Positions 27,856 through 41,654 of a DNA stretch of 64,000 nt are shown in pieces (position 1 is the stretch's first letter; every line of letters starts with the position of its first letter). The stretch lies in assembly GCF_006345805.1 (NCBI RefSeq), contig NC_043007.1:9672001-9736000 (forward strand), written 5' to 3'. Origin of the DNA: Octopus sinensis (lineage: Eukaryota). The translations under genes and the position numbers were made by a program. The notes under the pieces were generated by a model that saw only the letters and a program-made list of their open reading frames with translations, did no database searches and was not told the DNA's origin.

Positions 27856-28274
27856 GGAAGAAATATAGTAAGAGAGAGAAATGTACAGATGTATGCATAT
27901 ATCAGGCCACACTCATTCAGATAGGAGAAAAGCAGACAGTGAAACATACTGACAGACAGAGATGTAGAGAGTACAACGGAAAAGGAGGTCGTAGACATAA
28001 ACTAAAAACTATTTTACAATCGATATCTCCTGAGATATTGTTTTTGAAAAAATGCAATACACGAGAGTACCTGCAGAAGTCGTAATCTATAATATCATAA
28101 GAACATAACTGAATATACCGTATATATACATATATATATATATTTCAGTAGTAGAATGAATTATCTTGTTATGGATAATTCGGTTAACCGATACCTGGGT
28201 AGCAAATTCACATCAGAGAAGACACGTTTGAAGTTACGTGCTTTCGTGTGGAAATTTGTATGTTTTTTTGTTTT

Positions 28275-28420
28275 TTTAAATATAAACATATGAAAGAATG
28301 GAGTTGAACGACGAATTAACAAAATCCTTTATTTTCGAAAATAAAGGAATTTTGTCGAAAATAAAGGATTTTTGTTAATTCGTCGTTCAACTCCATTCTT
28401 TCATATATTTATATTTTTTA
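28275..28420. repeat. Fold-back inverted repeat next to (AT)n
   Basis: ATATGAAAGAATGGAGTTGAACGACGAATTAACAAAATCCTTTATTTTCGA and its reverse complement, with a 20-bp internal duplication. Confidence 0.9.
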
Positions 28421-28448
28421 AAAGATACATATTATTATATATATATAT

Positions 28449-28499
<51 letters not shown>

Positions 28500-28599
28500 A
28501 ATATCAATGTATAGACATATACATAGAAGCGTATACATGTCTGTATGTATATATCCATTTATCTATCTGTCTATCTATCTATCTATCTATCTATATACA

Positions 28600-28924
28600 T
28601 AACGTTGCTATCACTAGTGATCAATCCAAACAGCACGGTGTTGACTGGATGTTTGATATTGGTCCCTCTCGTTATAAATCCCCAGATTACACTGTCCTTA
28701 GATTGATACCCAAACACTCTGAAATGTTCGTATTGGAGCTTCAGGTTCGAATGACAAGTAGTACAACATGTCGTTTTCAAATTTCTGGCTGAGTGAATTG
28801 CATCATTGTACCGTTTTTCTCACAGACCTACTATTCAGCGTAGTCGATGAAATCAAAATCTAAGAGTGCGAATGCACGAAATAGAGAATATAAAAAATGC
28901 CGACAATTTACCCAAAGCACCATG
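28600..28924 (-). mobile_element. DD37D-type transposon remnant (same family as 15170)
   Basis: IKHPVNTVLFGLITSD matches 15395-15445. TIR-like CGACAATTTACCCAAAGCACCATG at the right end. Confidence 0.7.
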
Positions 28925-28996
28925 TGTGTGTATGTATATATATATATATATATACACACAGGGTGCGATGGTTAAACTGTCGCCATCTTATGTTTC

Positions 28997-29033
<37 letters not shown>

Positions 29034-29655
29034 GGGGGCGATGGTTAAACTGTCGCAATCTTATGTTTCTACTATTCCTCCCCACTTCCTGTCGTTCCCC
29101 CGCGACGATACTTCCGCTCTGACTATCTTTCTGGCCTGGCCTTTCAAGGTAATGGACGACATTCTTCCTTCTCCTCTCGTCGTTCACAAAAAATTCTGCG
29201 TTCGCAATACTTGTTTTCGTTCGGCGTCAACAGCCTTTCTTATCTGTCTTTTACTGTTTATATTTTGTATTGTCGTTACTGTCCTGTTTTTTTACCATTT
29301 TTTTACCATTTTTTACCCCTCTGCGAAAAGATCTCAGAATTTTAATTGATTTGCTTTTCGCAGGAAGGAAAGTTTCTTGTCGAAGATACGTCCCGCTTTT
29401 ATCCTTCGAAACGTAGAGTAGATGAAACCGTAGCGACTGAAGAAGGGTTTTTTCTTTGTGTTAATTGTCCTGTACTCCATTTTTGTTGTTTTTAGAAAAA
29501 TGTCCAGTTCCTTTGGTTTGTGTCTATGCTTTCGTTTCTCATTGTGTTCGACGTCCCTTTGGTGTCCTGTACTCATATATGCGTGTATATGTACATGTAG
29601 AGGTAGGTACGTACATATATGTTATTATATGCATATTGTTTTATTTCATTTATTA

Positions 29656-29707
<52 letters not shown>

Positions 29708-29831
29708 CCGGTGCGATATAACCGTCGCCATCTTATGTTTCTACTATCGCCATGCGCATTTGTTTAAACTATGATGACAGATTTATTTTCATTTGTTGTA
29801 ATTTAGAGGACAATATATTCACTTCACCCTG
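29708..29831. mobile_element. Small MITE of the DD37D family
   Basis: Left end matches CAGGGTGCGATGGTTAAACTGTCGCCATC (28959). Right end GACAATATATTCACTTCACCCTG|TA matches the 15983 terminus. Confidence 0.65.
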
Positions 29832-30133
29832 TATATATATATATTTACATACATTCATATATTTCCATATACTGGGTAAACTTGACAACTTGACATCGGT
29901 ATTTTATCCATGCACCCGAAGAACCCAACACTCAGACAACTACACGAGTATGTCCTCATTAATGAAGCATACCCAGTAATAAATAGGAAACATACATAGA
30001 CGGTGTCATACCCCAATACCCACAGTTTATATGTATAAAGACGGTGTTGTTAGTAGACCGTTACGTGGGTGCATGTTTATGTTTGTGTGTATGTACGTAT
30101 TAAATACATATTATATAGATATATTATATAGAT

Positions 30134-30179
<46 letters not shown>

Positions 30180-30187
30180 GTATATAA

Positions 30188-30218
<31 letters not shown>

Positions 30219-30735
30219 TGTAGATAAATGGATACGCATATGGACAGGTATATATACAGATAGACAGGAAACATACAACGACTCTCGAGATGCCTACACG
30301 GATATAAATGTACTTTAGCACCATGCCATGGGAATGAATTTTGAGTAACCGTTAACATAATTTAATTTACTTTAAGATATGGATGACTTAAATTTACTTT
30401 TAATCTCCCCATTCTAACAAACACCAAGTAGATAGCTAACTCGTTTTGTGATCATGAGTGCACCAAACCTCGCATATTTGCAGATTTGTGTGAGCGAGTC
30501 TACTCGCGCCATGCTGCTAGACCGAGGGCGTTTATACATCAATGTTTGTTAAAAGTTAAGTTTAATACTTTTCTCGCTGGATTGCGTGTTCGTCTCGTTT
30601 TTGCTATCTGTGATTTTATTTTTGATCTTCTATATAAATGTAGATATTTCCCCCGTCTCGTTGTTTTTCTTTCTACAAAGCGGAAAGTTGCATTGCGGAA
30701 CAGTATTTTAACGAGTTTATTATTTATCACCCCAA

Positions 30736-30769
<34 letters not shown>

Positions 30770-30819
30770 ATGGACAAACACATATACATATATATATATA
30801 TATATATATACAACTTATA

Positions 30820-31306
30820 TTTTCGAAAAAAAATTTTATCCTACATTAAATATAAATTTAAATGTTCACTTCCGGACTCTCCCACTCTGTGAGAGCCTCA
30901 GTTCAAATCGCACGTGTCTTGATTGGGCTGGAGTATTTCTATTTTGGATGTATTTGGGGTACTTAACTGTGCTCATGTCTTAGTCTTTTGCTTCTTCCAT
31001 AGGTATGAGTAAGTATCTCATTTATTTCTATGCCACATTTATCACTGACGAAGGGAGGGTTCTCACGAACTAACCCTGAAATCGGTCCGATATGGTAATA
31101 ATAGAATTTTTTAGAAATTTCTGTCGGCTTTTTTTCGAGTAGCGTGCGTATTGTAATAAATTATATGGTAATTTTCGGCATATTTGGCTTTTTCGTTTGC
31201 CCTTATTTATAAGTTGTTTATAATTTTAACCTTTAAAGGTATTTTTTAATATGCTGGCCATTGATAAAATTTTTTTCGAAAAAGATTTTATCCTACATTA
31301 AATATA
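30820..31306 (+). mobile_element. Non-coding Penelope-like/retrozyme-like monomer (452-bp period, ~35-bp terminal redundancy)
   Basis: TTTCGAAAAA.ATTTTATCCTACATTAAATATA at both ends, an internal hammerhead, (AT)n flanks, and a second fragment at 35198. Confidence 0.7.
31039..31098 (+). ncRNA. Type I hammerhead ribozyme
   Basis: Stem I TTATCA/TGGTAA, core CTGACGA, stem II AGGG/CCCT, GAAA, near-palindromic stem III ATCGGTCCGAT. Cleavage triplet AUA, cut after 31092. Confidence 0.85.
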
Positions 31307-31375
31307 TATATTATGTATGTCTCTCTGTCTATCTATCTATAGACAGAGAGATAGAGAAGGAGTAAGAAGGGCACG

Positions 31376-31463
<88 letters not shown>

Positions 31464-32093
31464 CAGATAGAGAAAGAGACAGAGAGGGAGAGAGAGAGAA
31501 ATTTCTCACGTTACATATACTATGTACTTTAAACAATATATTAATAAATTAAACCACATTTCGTAGCAAAAAGGATTCTTTTTTACAGAAGGCAAGAGAG
31601 AGAGAGAGGGGGGGCAGAAGAGAAAAAGAGAAGGCGATAGAGACGATACACTCTAATGCCATGTTCCTTAATACATTAAAGCGAACAGTGAATTGTGCTT
31701 ATGTAACCAACTGTCAGCGTACATTTTTGCCACTTAAGACTGAATAAATACCAATTGTTTCTTTCTCACACGGTGTTGCTATTCACATTATCCCATTATT
31801 TAAAATATAGGATGAATCGACAAGAAGGTATTATCTTCGCTTACTGAAAGATCTATATGATAAGAAAAGGACATGACAAAGAGTTATACAGATAGAGACA
31901 CGTAAGCAGCTTGTAAAATCGCATCCGCCATGATTTTCCTTTTCGTTTCTTCGCATTTAGATTATCCTGAGTGTCACATTGACCGCATCGTCCTTTCATG
32001 AATTAGAAAACATAAGCCTTGATAGAAAAATCAAAGCGATATTGTTGAAGTGGTATAGTGGCTGGCATATTACGCAATAGGTTTTTAAGTGTT

Positions 32094-32690
32094 AAGGCGG
32101 CGAGCTGGAAGAATCGTTAGCACGTTGGGCAAAATGCTTAGTGGTATTTCGTCTGCCGCTACGTTCTGAGTTCAAATTCCACCGAGGTCGACTTTGCTTT
32201 TCATCCTTTCGGGGTCGATTAAATAAGTACCAGTTACGCACTGGAGTCGATGTAATCGACTTAATCTGTGTGTCTGTCCTTGTTTGTCCCCTCTGTGTTT
32301 AACCCCTTGTGGGTAGCAAAGAAATAAGTATTTCGTCTGCCGCTACGTTCTGAGATCAAATTCCACCGAGGTAGACTTTGCCTTTCATCATTTCGGGATC
32401 GATAAATTTAGTACCAGTTACGCACTGGGTCGATGTAATCGACTTAATCCGTGTGTCTGTCCTTGTTTGTCCTCTCTGTATTTAGCCCCTTGTGGGTAAT
32501 AAAGAAATAAGTATTTCGTCAGCCGCTAAGTTCTGAGATCAAATTCCGCCGAGGTCGACTTTGCCTTTCATCCTTTCGGGGTCGATTAAATAAGTACCAG
32601 TTACGCACTGGAGTCGATATAATCGACTTAATCCGTTTGTCTGTCCTTGTTTTTCCTCTCTGTGTTTAGCCCCTTGTGGGTAGTAATGAA
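32094..32690 (+). mobile_element. SINE family A tandem array (head plus 3 units of ~182 bp)
   Basis: GTATTTCGTC unit starts at ~32145, ~32328 and ~32511. Confidence 0.9.
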
Positions 32691-33073
32691 AAAGGTTTGT
32701 AAGTGTATTTGAAGTTAAGCAACGACTATGAACACATCTCTTATCTCTTACTTGTTTCACTGATTGCACTGAAGCCATGCTGGAGCACCTCCTTTGATGA
32801 TGTAGTCGAACAAATCCACCCCAGGAATTATTTTTTTTAAAGGTGGTTACATATTCAACTGGTCTCTTTTGCCGAAAGATTTATTCGAACGGATGTATAG
32901 AAACCAACACATGTTGTCAAGCTACGGTGCGGAATAAACACAAATGCACATACGTACACCCACAAACACGAACATACACATACGCACACCTGTATATAAT
33001 ATATATATATTTCTTCCGGTCATTTTAAATGTTAATCCCGCCACATTTTCCCTCTCCTCCTCTCTCTCTCGCT

Positions 33074-33173
33074 NNNNNNNNNNNNNNNNNNNNNNNNNNN
33101 NNNNNNNNNNNNNNNNNNNNNNNNNNNNNNNNNNNNNNNNNNNNNNNNNNNNNNNNNNNNNNNNNNNNNNNNN
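33074..33173. other. Assembly gap (100 N)
   Basis: Run of 100 N. Confidence 1.
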
Positions 33174-33649
33174 CATATATACGACGGGCTTCTTTCAGTT
33201 TCCGCCTACCAAATCCACTCACAAGGCTTTGGTCGGCCATATTTATTTGTTCCTTTATTTTTCCCTATCCAAGTCGAATCCTTTTCAATAGTGTGCATAA
33301 CTTTACTCCCTCTTTCTTTCTCTCTCTCTCTCGCTCGCTCTCTTCTCCATCACACCGTCATTTCCTCTTTTTCTATTGCTTCTCTTTAAATATGTAGATA
33401 CTCTCTTTCTCCATCTTCTCTTTCTCTCTCTGTCTCTATCTCTTTACTTTACTCCATCATCCCATAATTCTTCTCTCATATCCTTAATCTCTCTTCTACT
33501 GTTTTTTTTTTCCTTTTTCTCTTTCTCTCTTTGTTGTCTCTCTATAAATACATATACACACACTCTCTTTCTCTTTTCCTTTACTTTTTCCATCACACCG
33601 TCCTTCTCTCTCATCATCCCTCGAACTCCCCTCTAGCATATATAATATC

Positions 33650-33683
<34 letters not shown>

Positions 33684-33780
33684 TCTATTCCCCTTCTTTC
33701 CTGAGCGTCCAATAATACTTTATTTGTTCCACGTCCTCGTGTTGCTGTGTTTTTTGTGTTTTCTTATTTGGATTAACTAC

Positions 33781-33843
<63 letters not shown>

Positions 33844-34649
33844 CATACATATATGTATATGTATATATATATATGTGTGTTTGTGTATATATGTATATAT
33901 ATATAGAAGCACTCTTTCTCTCTTCTCTATTTTTTCACTTCTCTCTAACACACAGTCTTTCTTCTCTCAAACCCTCAACTTCTATTATAAATACATACTC
34001 CCTCTCTCTCTCTCTTTCTCACTCTGTCTCTTCACTTCTCTCCATGACAGATCTTTCTTCTCTCAACCTCTCAATCTCTCTTCCTCTCTTCTCTCAGCCT
34101 CTCAATCTCTCTAAATATATGAACACACTTTCTGTATTTCGTCACTACCCTCCATCACACCGTTATTTTTTTTTTAAATATATAAATACAATATCTATAA
34201 ATAAAATATCTTTAAGAATGTCCAGAAACTGGAGGAGCATGGAACTGCATTGTTTTTGAGAGCCTGCACTGTGGTGAAGGAGATAACCCGAACAATATAA
34301 TCATAGCTGCTATGAAAAGCAATGGTTACACCAAAACTTTACCACAGGTAGAACGAAAGAAGCAGGAGTTTACACGCACCTACGCTCTCATACGATCCCG
34401 TATCATCACTCTTGATGCCATCTTTGATAATGAATACAGCAAAGATGACAAGAATGGAGGCACGGATGCAGATGAAAGATGCCACCCCCACTTGGTAGAC
34501 ACTCAAGAAAACAAAGAAGATTCAACGAGAAACCTGTCCGAAAAGTATATCCAAGAGACCTTCAACCATCAAAGCGAAAAACCGTGGAGGTGAAAGAGCC
34601 AAGAAAAGAACAACATAGATATATAATAATATATTATTGGATTAACTAT

Positions 34650-34713
<64 letters not shown>

Positions 34714-34739
34714 CATTTATATACATATACATGTATATA

Positions 34740-35110
34740 TACATAACATGCATATATACATATACATGCATATATACATATACATGCATATATATACATA
34801 CATATACATATATACATGTAGATACATATATATATACATATATATAAATACATGCATATATACATGTAGATACATATATATATACATATATATAAATACA
34901 TGCATATATACATGTAGATACATATATATACATATATATAAATACATGCATATATACATGTAGATACATATATATACATATATATAAATACATGCATATA
35001 TACATGTAGATACATATATATATACATACATGTACATATACATACATATACATACATATATATATATATATATATAAATACATGCATATATACATGTAGA
35101 TACATATATA
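34740..35110. repeat. ~46-48-bp higher-order repeat within (AT)n
   Basis: ATAAATACATGCATATATACATGTAGATACAT is repeated about 5 times. Confidence 0.85.
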
Positions 35111-35151
35111 TATATACAACATGTACATATACTTACATATACATACATATC

Positions 35152-35197
<46 letters not shown>

Positions 35198-35200
<3 letters not shown>

Positions 35201-35333
35201 GGATAAATTTTTTCGAAACAAAGCTTTATCAATGGCCAGCATATTAAATCCCTTTAACGGTTAATTATAAACAACTTATAAATAAGGGCAAACGAAAAAA
35301 TTAGAAATTTTTCGTTTGCCCTTATTTATAAGT
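35198..35333 (-). mobile_element. 3' fragment of the 30820 hammerhead-element family, with a short fold-back
   Basis: Reverse complement of ~31190-31296. ACTTATAAATAAGGGCAAACGAAAAA is inverted at 35274/35308. Both flanks are (TA)n. Confidence 0.8.
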
Positions 35334-35490
35334 ATATATATATATATATAAAGACATATACATACATATACATATATATCTATGTATACATATATTACAT
35401 ATATATACATATGAATTATACATATATATATAAATATATATATATATAAATACATATATACACATATACAACACACTATACTAATATATC

Positions 35491-35551
<61 letters not shown>

Positions 35552-35552
<1 letters not shown>

Positions 35553-35881
35553 GTGGCACTCTGTCGATTACCACGACGAGTGTTCCAGTAGATCCGATCA
35601 ACGGAACAGCCTGCTCATGATATTAACGTGCAAGTGGCTGAGCACTCCACAGACACGTGTACCCTTAACGTAATTCTCGGGGGAGATTCAGCGTGACGAC
35701 AGAGAGAGGAAGAAAGAGTAAGGGAAAGTTATGGTGAATGATTGCAGCAGGGATCATCACCACCCCCTGCCGGAGCCTCTTGGAGCTTTAGGTGTTTTCG
35801 CCCAATAAACACTCACAACGCCCGGTCTAGGAATCGAAACCGCGAGTCCGCTGCCCTAACCTCTGGGCCATTGTGCCTCCA
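35552..35881 (-). mobile_element. SINE family B
   Basis: Matches 25061-25427 in reverse. Confidence 0.85.
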
Positions 35882-36375
35882 TATATGCATATATATATTA
35901 TAAATATATACATATAAACACATACACTGTATATATATATACATATATATACGCATATATATCTATATACATATATATACATATATATAGATAGATAGAT
36001 ACACATACATCCATATATATATACATACATATTATACATACATCCATATATATACATACATATACATACATCCATATATATACATACATATACGTACATC
36101 CATATATATACATACATATACATACATCCATATATATATACATATATATATACGTATATATGTATATACATATATATATACATACATATATACGTATATA
36201 TATATACATACATACATATATATATACATACATATATACGTATATATATATATATATATATATACATACATACATATATATATACATACATACATATATA
36301 TGTATATATATATATATATATATATACATACATACATATATATATATATACACACACAAATATATATATATACAC

Positions 36376-36409
<34 letters not shown>

Positions 36410-36510
36410 ACACATACATACATATATATACATAAATACATACATATATTATATATATATATATATACATAAATACATATATACATATATATATACATAA
36501 ATACATATCC

Positions 36511-36842
36511 TAACCCCCCTTCGGTCATGAATGACCATGGGATTGCACCTAGAAAGTTACCCTCCTAGACACAAGTCCGGGCAAGGTTGTTTATGGAAGA
36601 CCAGCAGCCGCCCATGCAAACCAGCCTCCCCTCTCCACGCCACCAGTGTTATCCAAGGGAAAGACAAAGGTCGATACAGCTTGGCACCAGTGACGTCGCA
36701 ACTCATTCTACAGCTGAGTGAACTGGAGCAACGTGAAATAAAGTGCCTTGCTCAAGAACACAACACGCAGCCCGGTCCGGGATTCGAGCTCACAACCTCA
36801 CAACCTCACGATCACAACCTCACTGAGCCATGCGCCTTCACA
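36511..36842 (-). mobile_element. tRNA-derived SINE (family C-like core, different tail)
   Basis: Minus-strand head GAAGGCGCATGGCTCAGTG and core GTGTTCTTGAGCAAGGCACTTTATTTCACG. Confidence 0.7.
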
Positions 36843-38292
36843 TAAATACATATATACATATATATATACATAAATACATAAATACATAATATATCTATAT
36901 ACATAAATACATATATATATATAAATACATATATATATATACAAAATACATATATATATACATATATATATATACATATATAAATATATATACATATATA
37001 TATATACATATATAAAATATATACATACATAATATACATATATAAATATATATACATATATAAATATACATACATATAAATATATATACATATATAAATA
37101 TACATACATATATATAAATACATATATAAATATACATACATATATATAAATACATATAAATATATATACATATATAAATATACATACATATATATAAATA
37201 CATATAAATATATATACATATATATATACATACATATATATAAATACATATAAATATATATACATATATATATACATACATATATATATATATACATATA
37301 TATATATACATATATATATACATATATATATACATATACATATATATACATATATATATACATATACATATATACATAATATATATATATATACATATAT
37401 ATATACATATATATACATATACATATATATATACATATATACATAAATATATACATATACATAACATATACATATATATATACTATATATATAGATAAAT
37501 ACAAATCTTACATATATATACATATACATATATACATATACATATAATATATACATATACATATACTATACATATAAATTACTAATACTATACATATATA
37601 TACACATATATATACATATACAGATAATATACAGATATAATACATATACTATATATACAATCATATATACATATACATATACATACATATACATATATAT
37701 ACATATACATATATATACATATACATATATATACATATACATATATATACATATACATATATATATATAATATATACATATATATATATATCATATATAT
37801 ATATATATATAATATATATAATATATATATATATACATATATATATATACTACTATATATTATATACTAGTATATTATATATACATAGACTATAATATAT
37901 ACATAGATATATACATATATATATACATATATATATACATATATATATACAATATATATATACATATATATATAACATATATATATACATATATATATAC
38001 ATATATATATACATATATATATACTATAGATATACTAATATATATATACATATATATATACATATATATATACATATATATATACATATATATATACATA
38101 TATATATACATATATATATACATATAATATATAATACATATATATATACATATATATATATATACATATATATATACATATATATATATATACAATATAT
38201 ATACATACATCTATATATATACTTATATATATACATACATATATATATATACATATATATATACATATTATATATACATATATATAGAATAC

Positions 38293-38334
<42 letters not shown>

Positions 38335-38590
38335 TAATACATATATATATATATACATATATATATACATATATATATATATACAATATAGATATACATA
38401 TATATATACATATATATATACATATATATATACATACATATATATAACATATATATATATATACATATATATATACATATATATATACATATATATATAC
38501 ATATATATATATACATATTATATACTATATATATACATTATAAAAATATAACATATATATATAACATATATATATAATACATATATATAG

Positions 38591-38625
<35 letters not shown>

Positions 38626-38735
38626 ATAGATATATATATACATATATATATATACATAATAACATATTATATATATATATACCAAATACTATATATATAT
38701 ATATACATATATAAATACATATACATATATATATC

Positions 38736-38766
<31 letters not shown>

Positions 38767-39102
38767 ATATATTAATTACATAATATACATTATATCATAT
38801 ACATATACATCTATATATAATTTACATATATATATTTACATATATATATAACATATACATATATATATATACATATATATATACATATACATATATAATA
38901 TATATATATACATATACATATACATATATATATATATAATATATATATACATATATATATACATATATATATACATATACATAAAATATACATTATAATA
39001 TACATATAAATATACATATATATAAAATATCATATACATATAACATATACATATATATAATATACATATATACATATACATATATATATCATATACATAT
39101 AT

Positions 39103-39137
<35 letters not shown>

Positions 39138-39241
39138 TACAATACAGATATATATACATATACATATATATATACATATACATATATAACATATACATAT
39201 ATATATACATATACATATACATATTATATATATACATATAC

Positions 39242-39297
<56 letters not shown>
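36843..39297. repeat. ~2.45-kb degenerate (AT)n/(ATAC)n tract
   Basis: Direct reading. Confidence 0.95.
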
Positions 39298-39298
<1 letters not shown>

Positions 39299-39665
39299 GG
39301 TACCAGCTGAATCGACCTTTGCTTTTCCCATAGACAACATCAGTGGTGGGAAGAGGGGAGACTGGTATGCATGGGCGAAAATTATTTATATTGTACAATG
39401 TTTTGATGGAATTATGAATAGTTTTTCCGAAGAAATTGCTGCTTAGCATTTTGTTGGACGTGCTAACTGGATGCACATAATAAAATGTTCACGCATGTTT
39501 TGGTGAGAATATAAAATGTATACTTACCAAGAAACTGTAATCATCTAAAAAGCGACATATTGTGCTGGGTGGTCTGGATGATTTTGAGCCTTTCAGATTG
39601 CTAGAAGAATATTAGAAATGAAATGTTAAAAGAAATAATAAAATTAATACTAACCATGATAAGTT

Positions 39666-40048
39666 CTTTTTTTTTTTTTGGCCACTAGGGCTAATATAAG
39701 TTAAAACATTAAAGGACAATACAAGACGATATACAAAAGGTTTTGCAAAGAAAACATCCATGTAAACATTTGATAACAATAAAACAACGTAACAAGTAAA
39801 AATCTCCCAACAGGGGGAGGTGCTTTAAAGGTTACTCGTGGAAAAACCCATAAAAGCCACGGGTGCCTGAGACACACGGTAAGAGCTCTTCTTTATACCT
39901 TTTTGTCACAAGTGAATTCTCAGAATTGGTCCATCCATACTGGCCATTTTTCCGACATTCACCCACCTTTCAACAAATTTGCTAGAAGACAACACCTCCC
40001 CCTCTACCCTCACTTTCCTTTTCAAGTGGAACTTGAAAAAATTGATGA
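39666..40048 (-). mobile_element. 5'-truncated L1/Tx1-type LINE 3' end
   Basis: Minus frame reads FINFFKFHLKRKVRVEGEVLSSSKFVERWVNVGKMA..., resembling the ORF2 C-terminus. A 3' UTR and poly(A) follow (T-run at 39667-39679). Confidence 0.6.
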
Positions 40049-40640
40049 AAATAATAACAAGAGCGCAAACCTCCGACAAAGCAACACCAACGTCCTCTCA
40101 ACGATTAGCCGGAGAGGATTTTTAAAATGAGAATATCTGAAATAACCTAGACTGTTCTCGCAAACGAGAATACTAAAAATGAACCCGACTGCTCTCAAAA
40201 GTTAAATAAAAAAAAACACAGGAAAAATAATCCAGAATCCTTGTCCGGTATCCGATCGATCCCAAAATTTAATCAGTTCATGCAGTCATGAGGCCAAACA
40301 TCCCTGAAAGTTTCATTCGAATCCAACCATCGGTTCTTGAGATATTTTGTCCACGGAAAAACAAACACGACTGTAAACAATACCTCCGCCATCGCTAAAG
40401 CGAAAGGTAATAATAATTATAATGGTGGTTTCAAATTTTGCCACAAGTGCAGTAATTTGGGGGGGGGGAGGGGATGAGTTGATTTCATCGACCCCTGCGT
40501 TCAAATGGTACTTAATTACCAAATTCCGCCGAGGTCGACTTTGCCTTTCATCCTTTCGGGGTCGATAAATTAAGTACCAGTGACGCACTGGGATCGATGA
40601 AATCGACTTAATCCCTTTGTCTGTCCTTTTTTGTCCCCTC

Positions 40641-40908
40641 TGTGTTTTGCTCCTTGTGGTCAATAAAGAAATAAGAAACTAATAGATGTAACTTGTAACA
40701 TGTGTTAAAAGCCGTTTTCTTTCTTTTGTCCAATCACTCGAATGTGTGCAAGTGTACATTATATATAGATATATATATATATATATATAATGTACACTTG
40801 CACACATTCGAGTGATTGGACAAAAGAAAGAAAACGGCTTTTAACACATGTTACAAGTTACATGTATTAGTTTCTTATTTCTTTATTGACCACAAGGAGC
40901 AAAACACA
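40641..40908. repeat. Near-perfect palindrome centred on (AT)n
   Basis: ~120-bp non-AT arms with one visible mismatch. The left arm begins in a SINE A tail. Confidence 0.95.
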
Positions 40909-41281
40909 AATTATATATTCTGTTTATCAAATAATATATATATATTATTTGATAAACAGAATATATATTTTTATGAACAACTAATAGTTTCATGCGGTCA
41001 AAACACCTCACACAGAATTTTTTAACATGTCTGGTTCATTCATGCAACATTCAGACTGTACCCACATGGCATAACAAGCCAAAGCAGGACGATAGGATGA
41101 GAGAATAAACGAGAAAAGACGAGAAGGAAGTAGATCTAAAAAGAGTAAGGTTGTAAACCGGAAAACGAAAAAGATAACAGGAAAAAGAAAGAGGGATAGA
41201 ATTTTCTCCCTCTTTTATTAAACAATATTTATCTCTCACCACATGGAGTAATTTTTTATCTATTTTACTGTCATGGAACTG

Positions 41282-41314
<33 letters not shown>

Positions 41315-41369
41315 TATATATAATATACATAACATATATATATATAATATATTATAGATATATATATAT

Positions 41370-41605
41370 ATACTGGATCTATATATATACATATATACTG
41401 GATCTATATATACATAATAATACTGGATCTATATATACATATATATCTACTGGATCATATACATATATATATACTGGATCTATATATACATATATATTAT
41501 ACTGGATCTATATATATATATATATATATATACTGGATCTATATATATATATATCTATATATATACTGGATCTATATATATATTATATATATTATACTGG
41601 ATCTA
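41370..41605. repeat. TACTGGATCT(AT)n minisatellite, about 9 copies
   Basis: Direct reading. Confidence 0.9.
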
Positions 41606-41654
41606 TATATATATAATATATATATATTATATATATATAATATATATATATATA

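Noticed and set aside
28205-28255. Minus-strand GAAA-stem-UC..CUGAUG, possible type II hammerhead
   Set aside because: Core reads CUGAUGU and no stem I can form.
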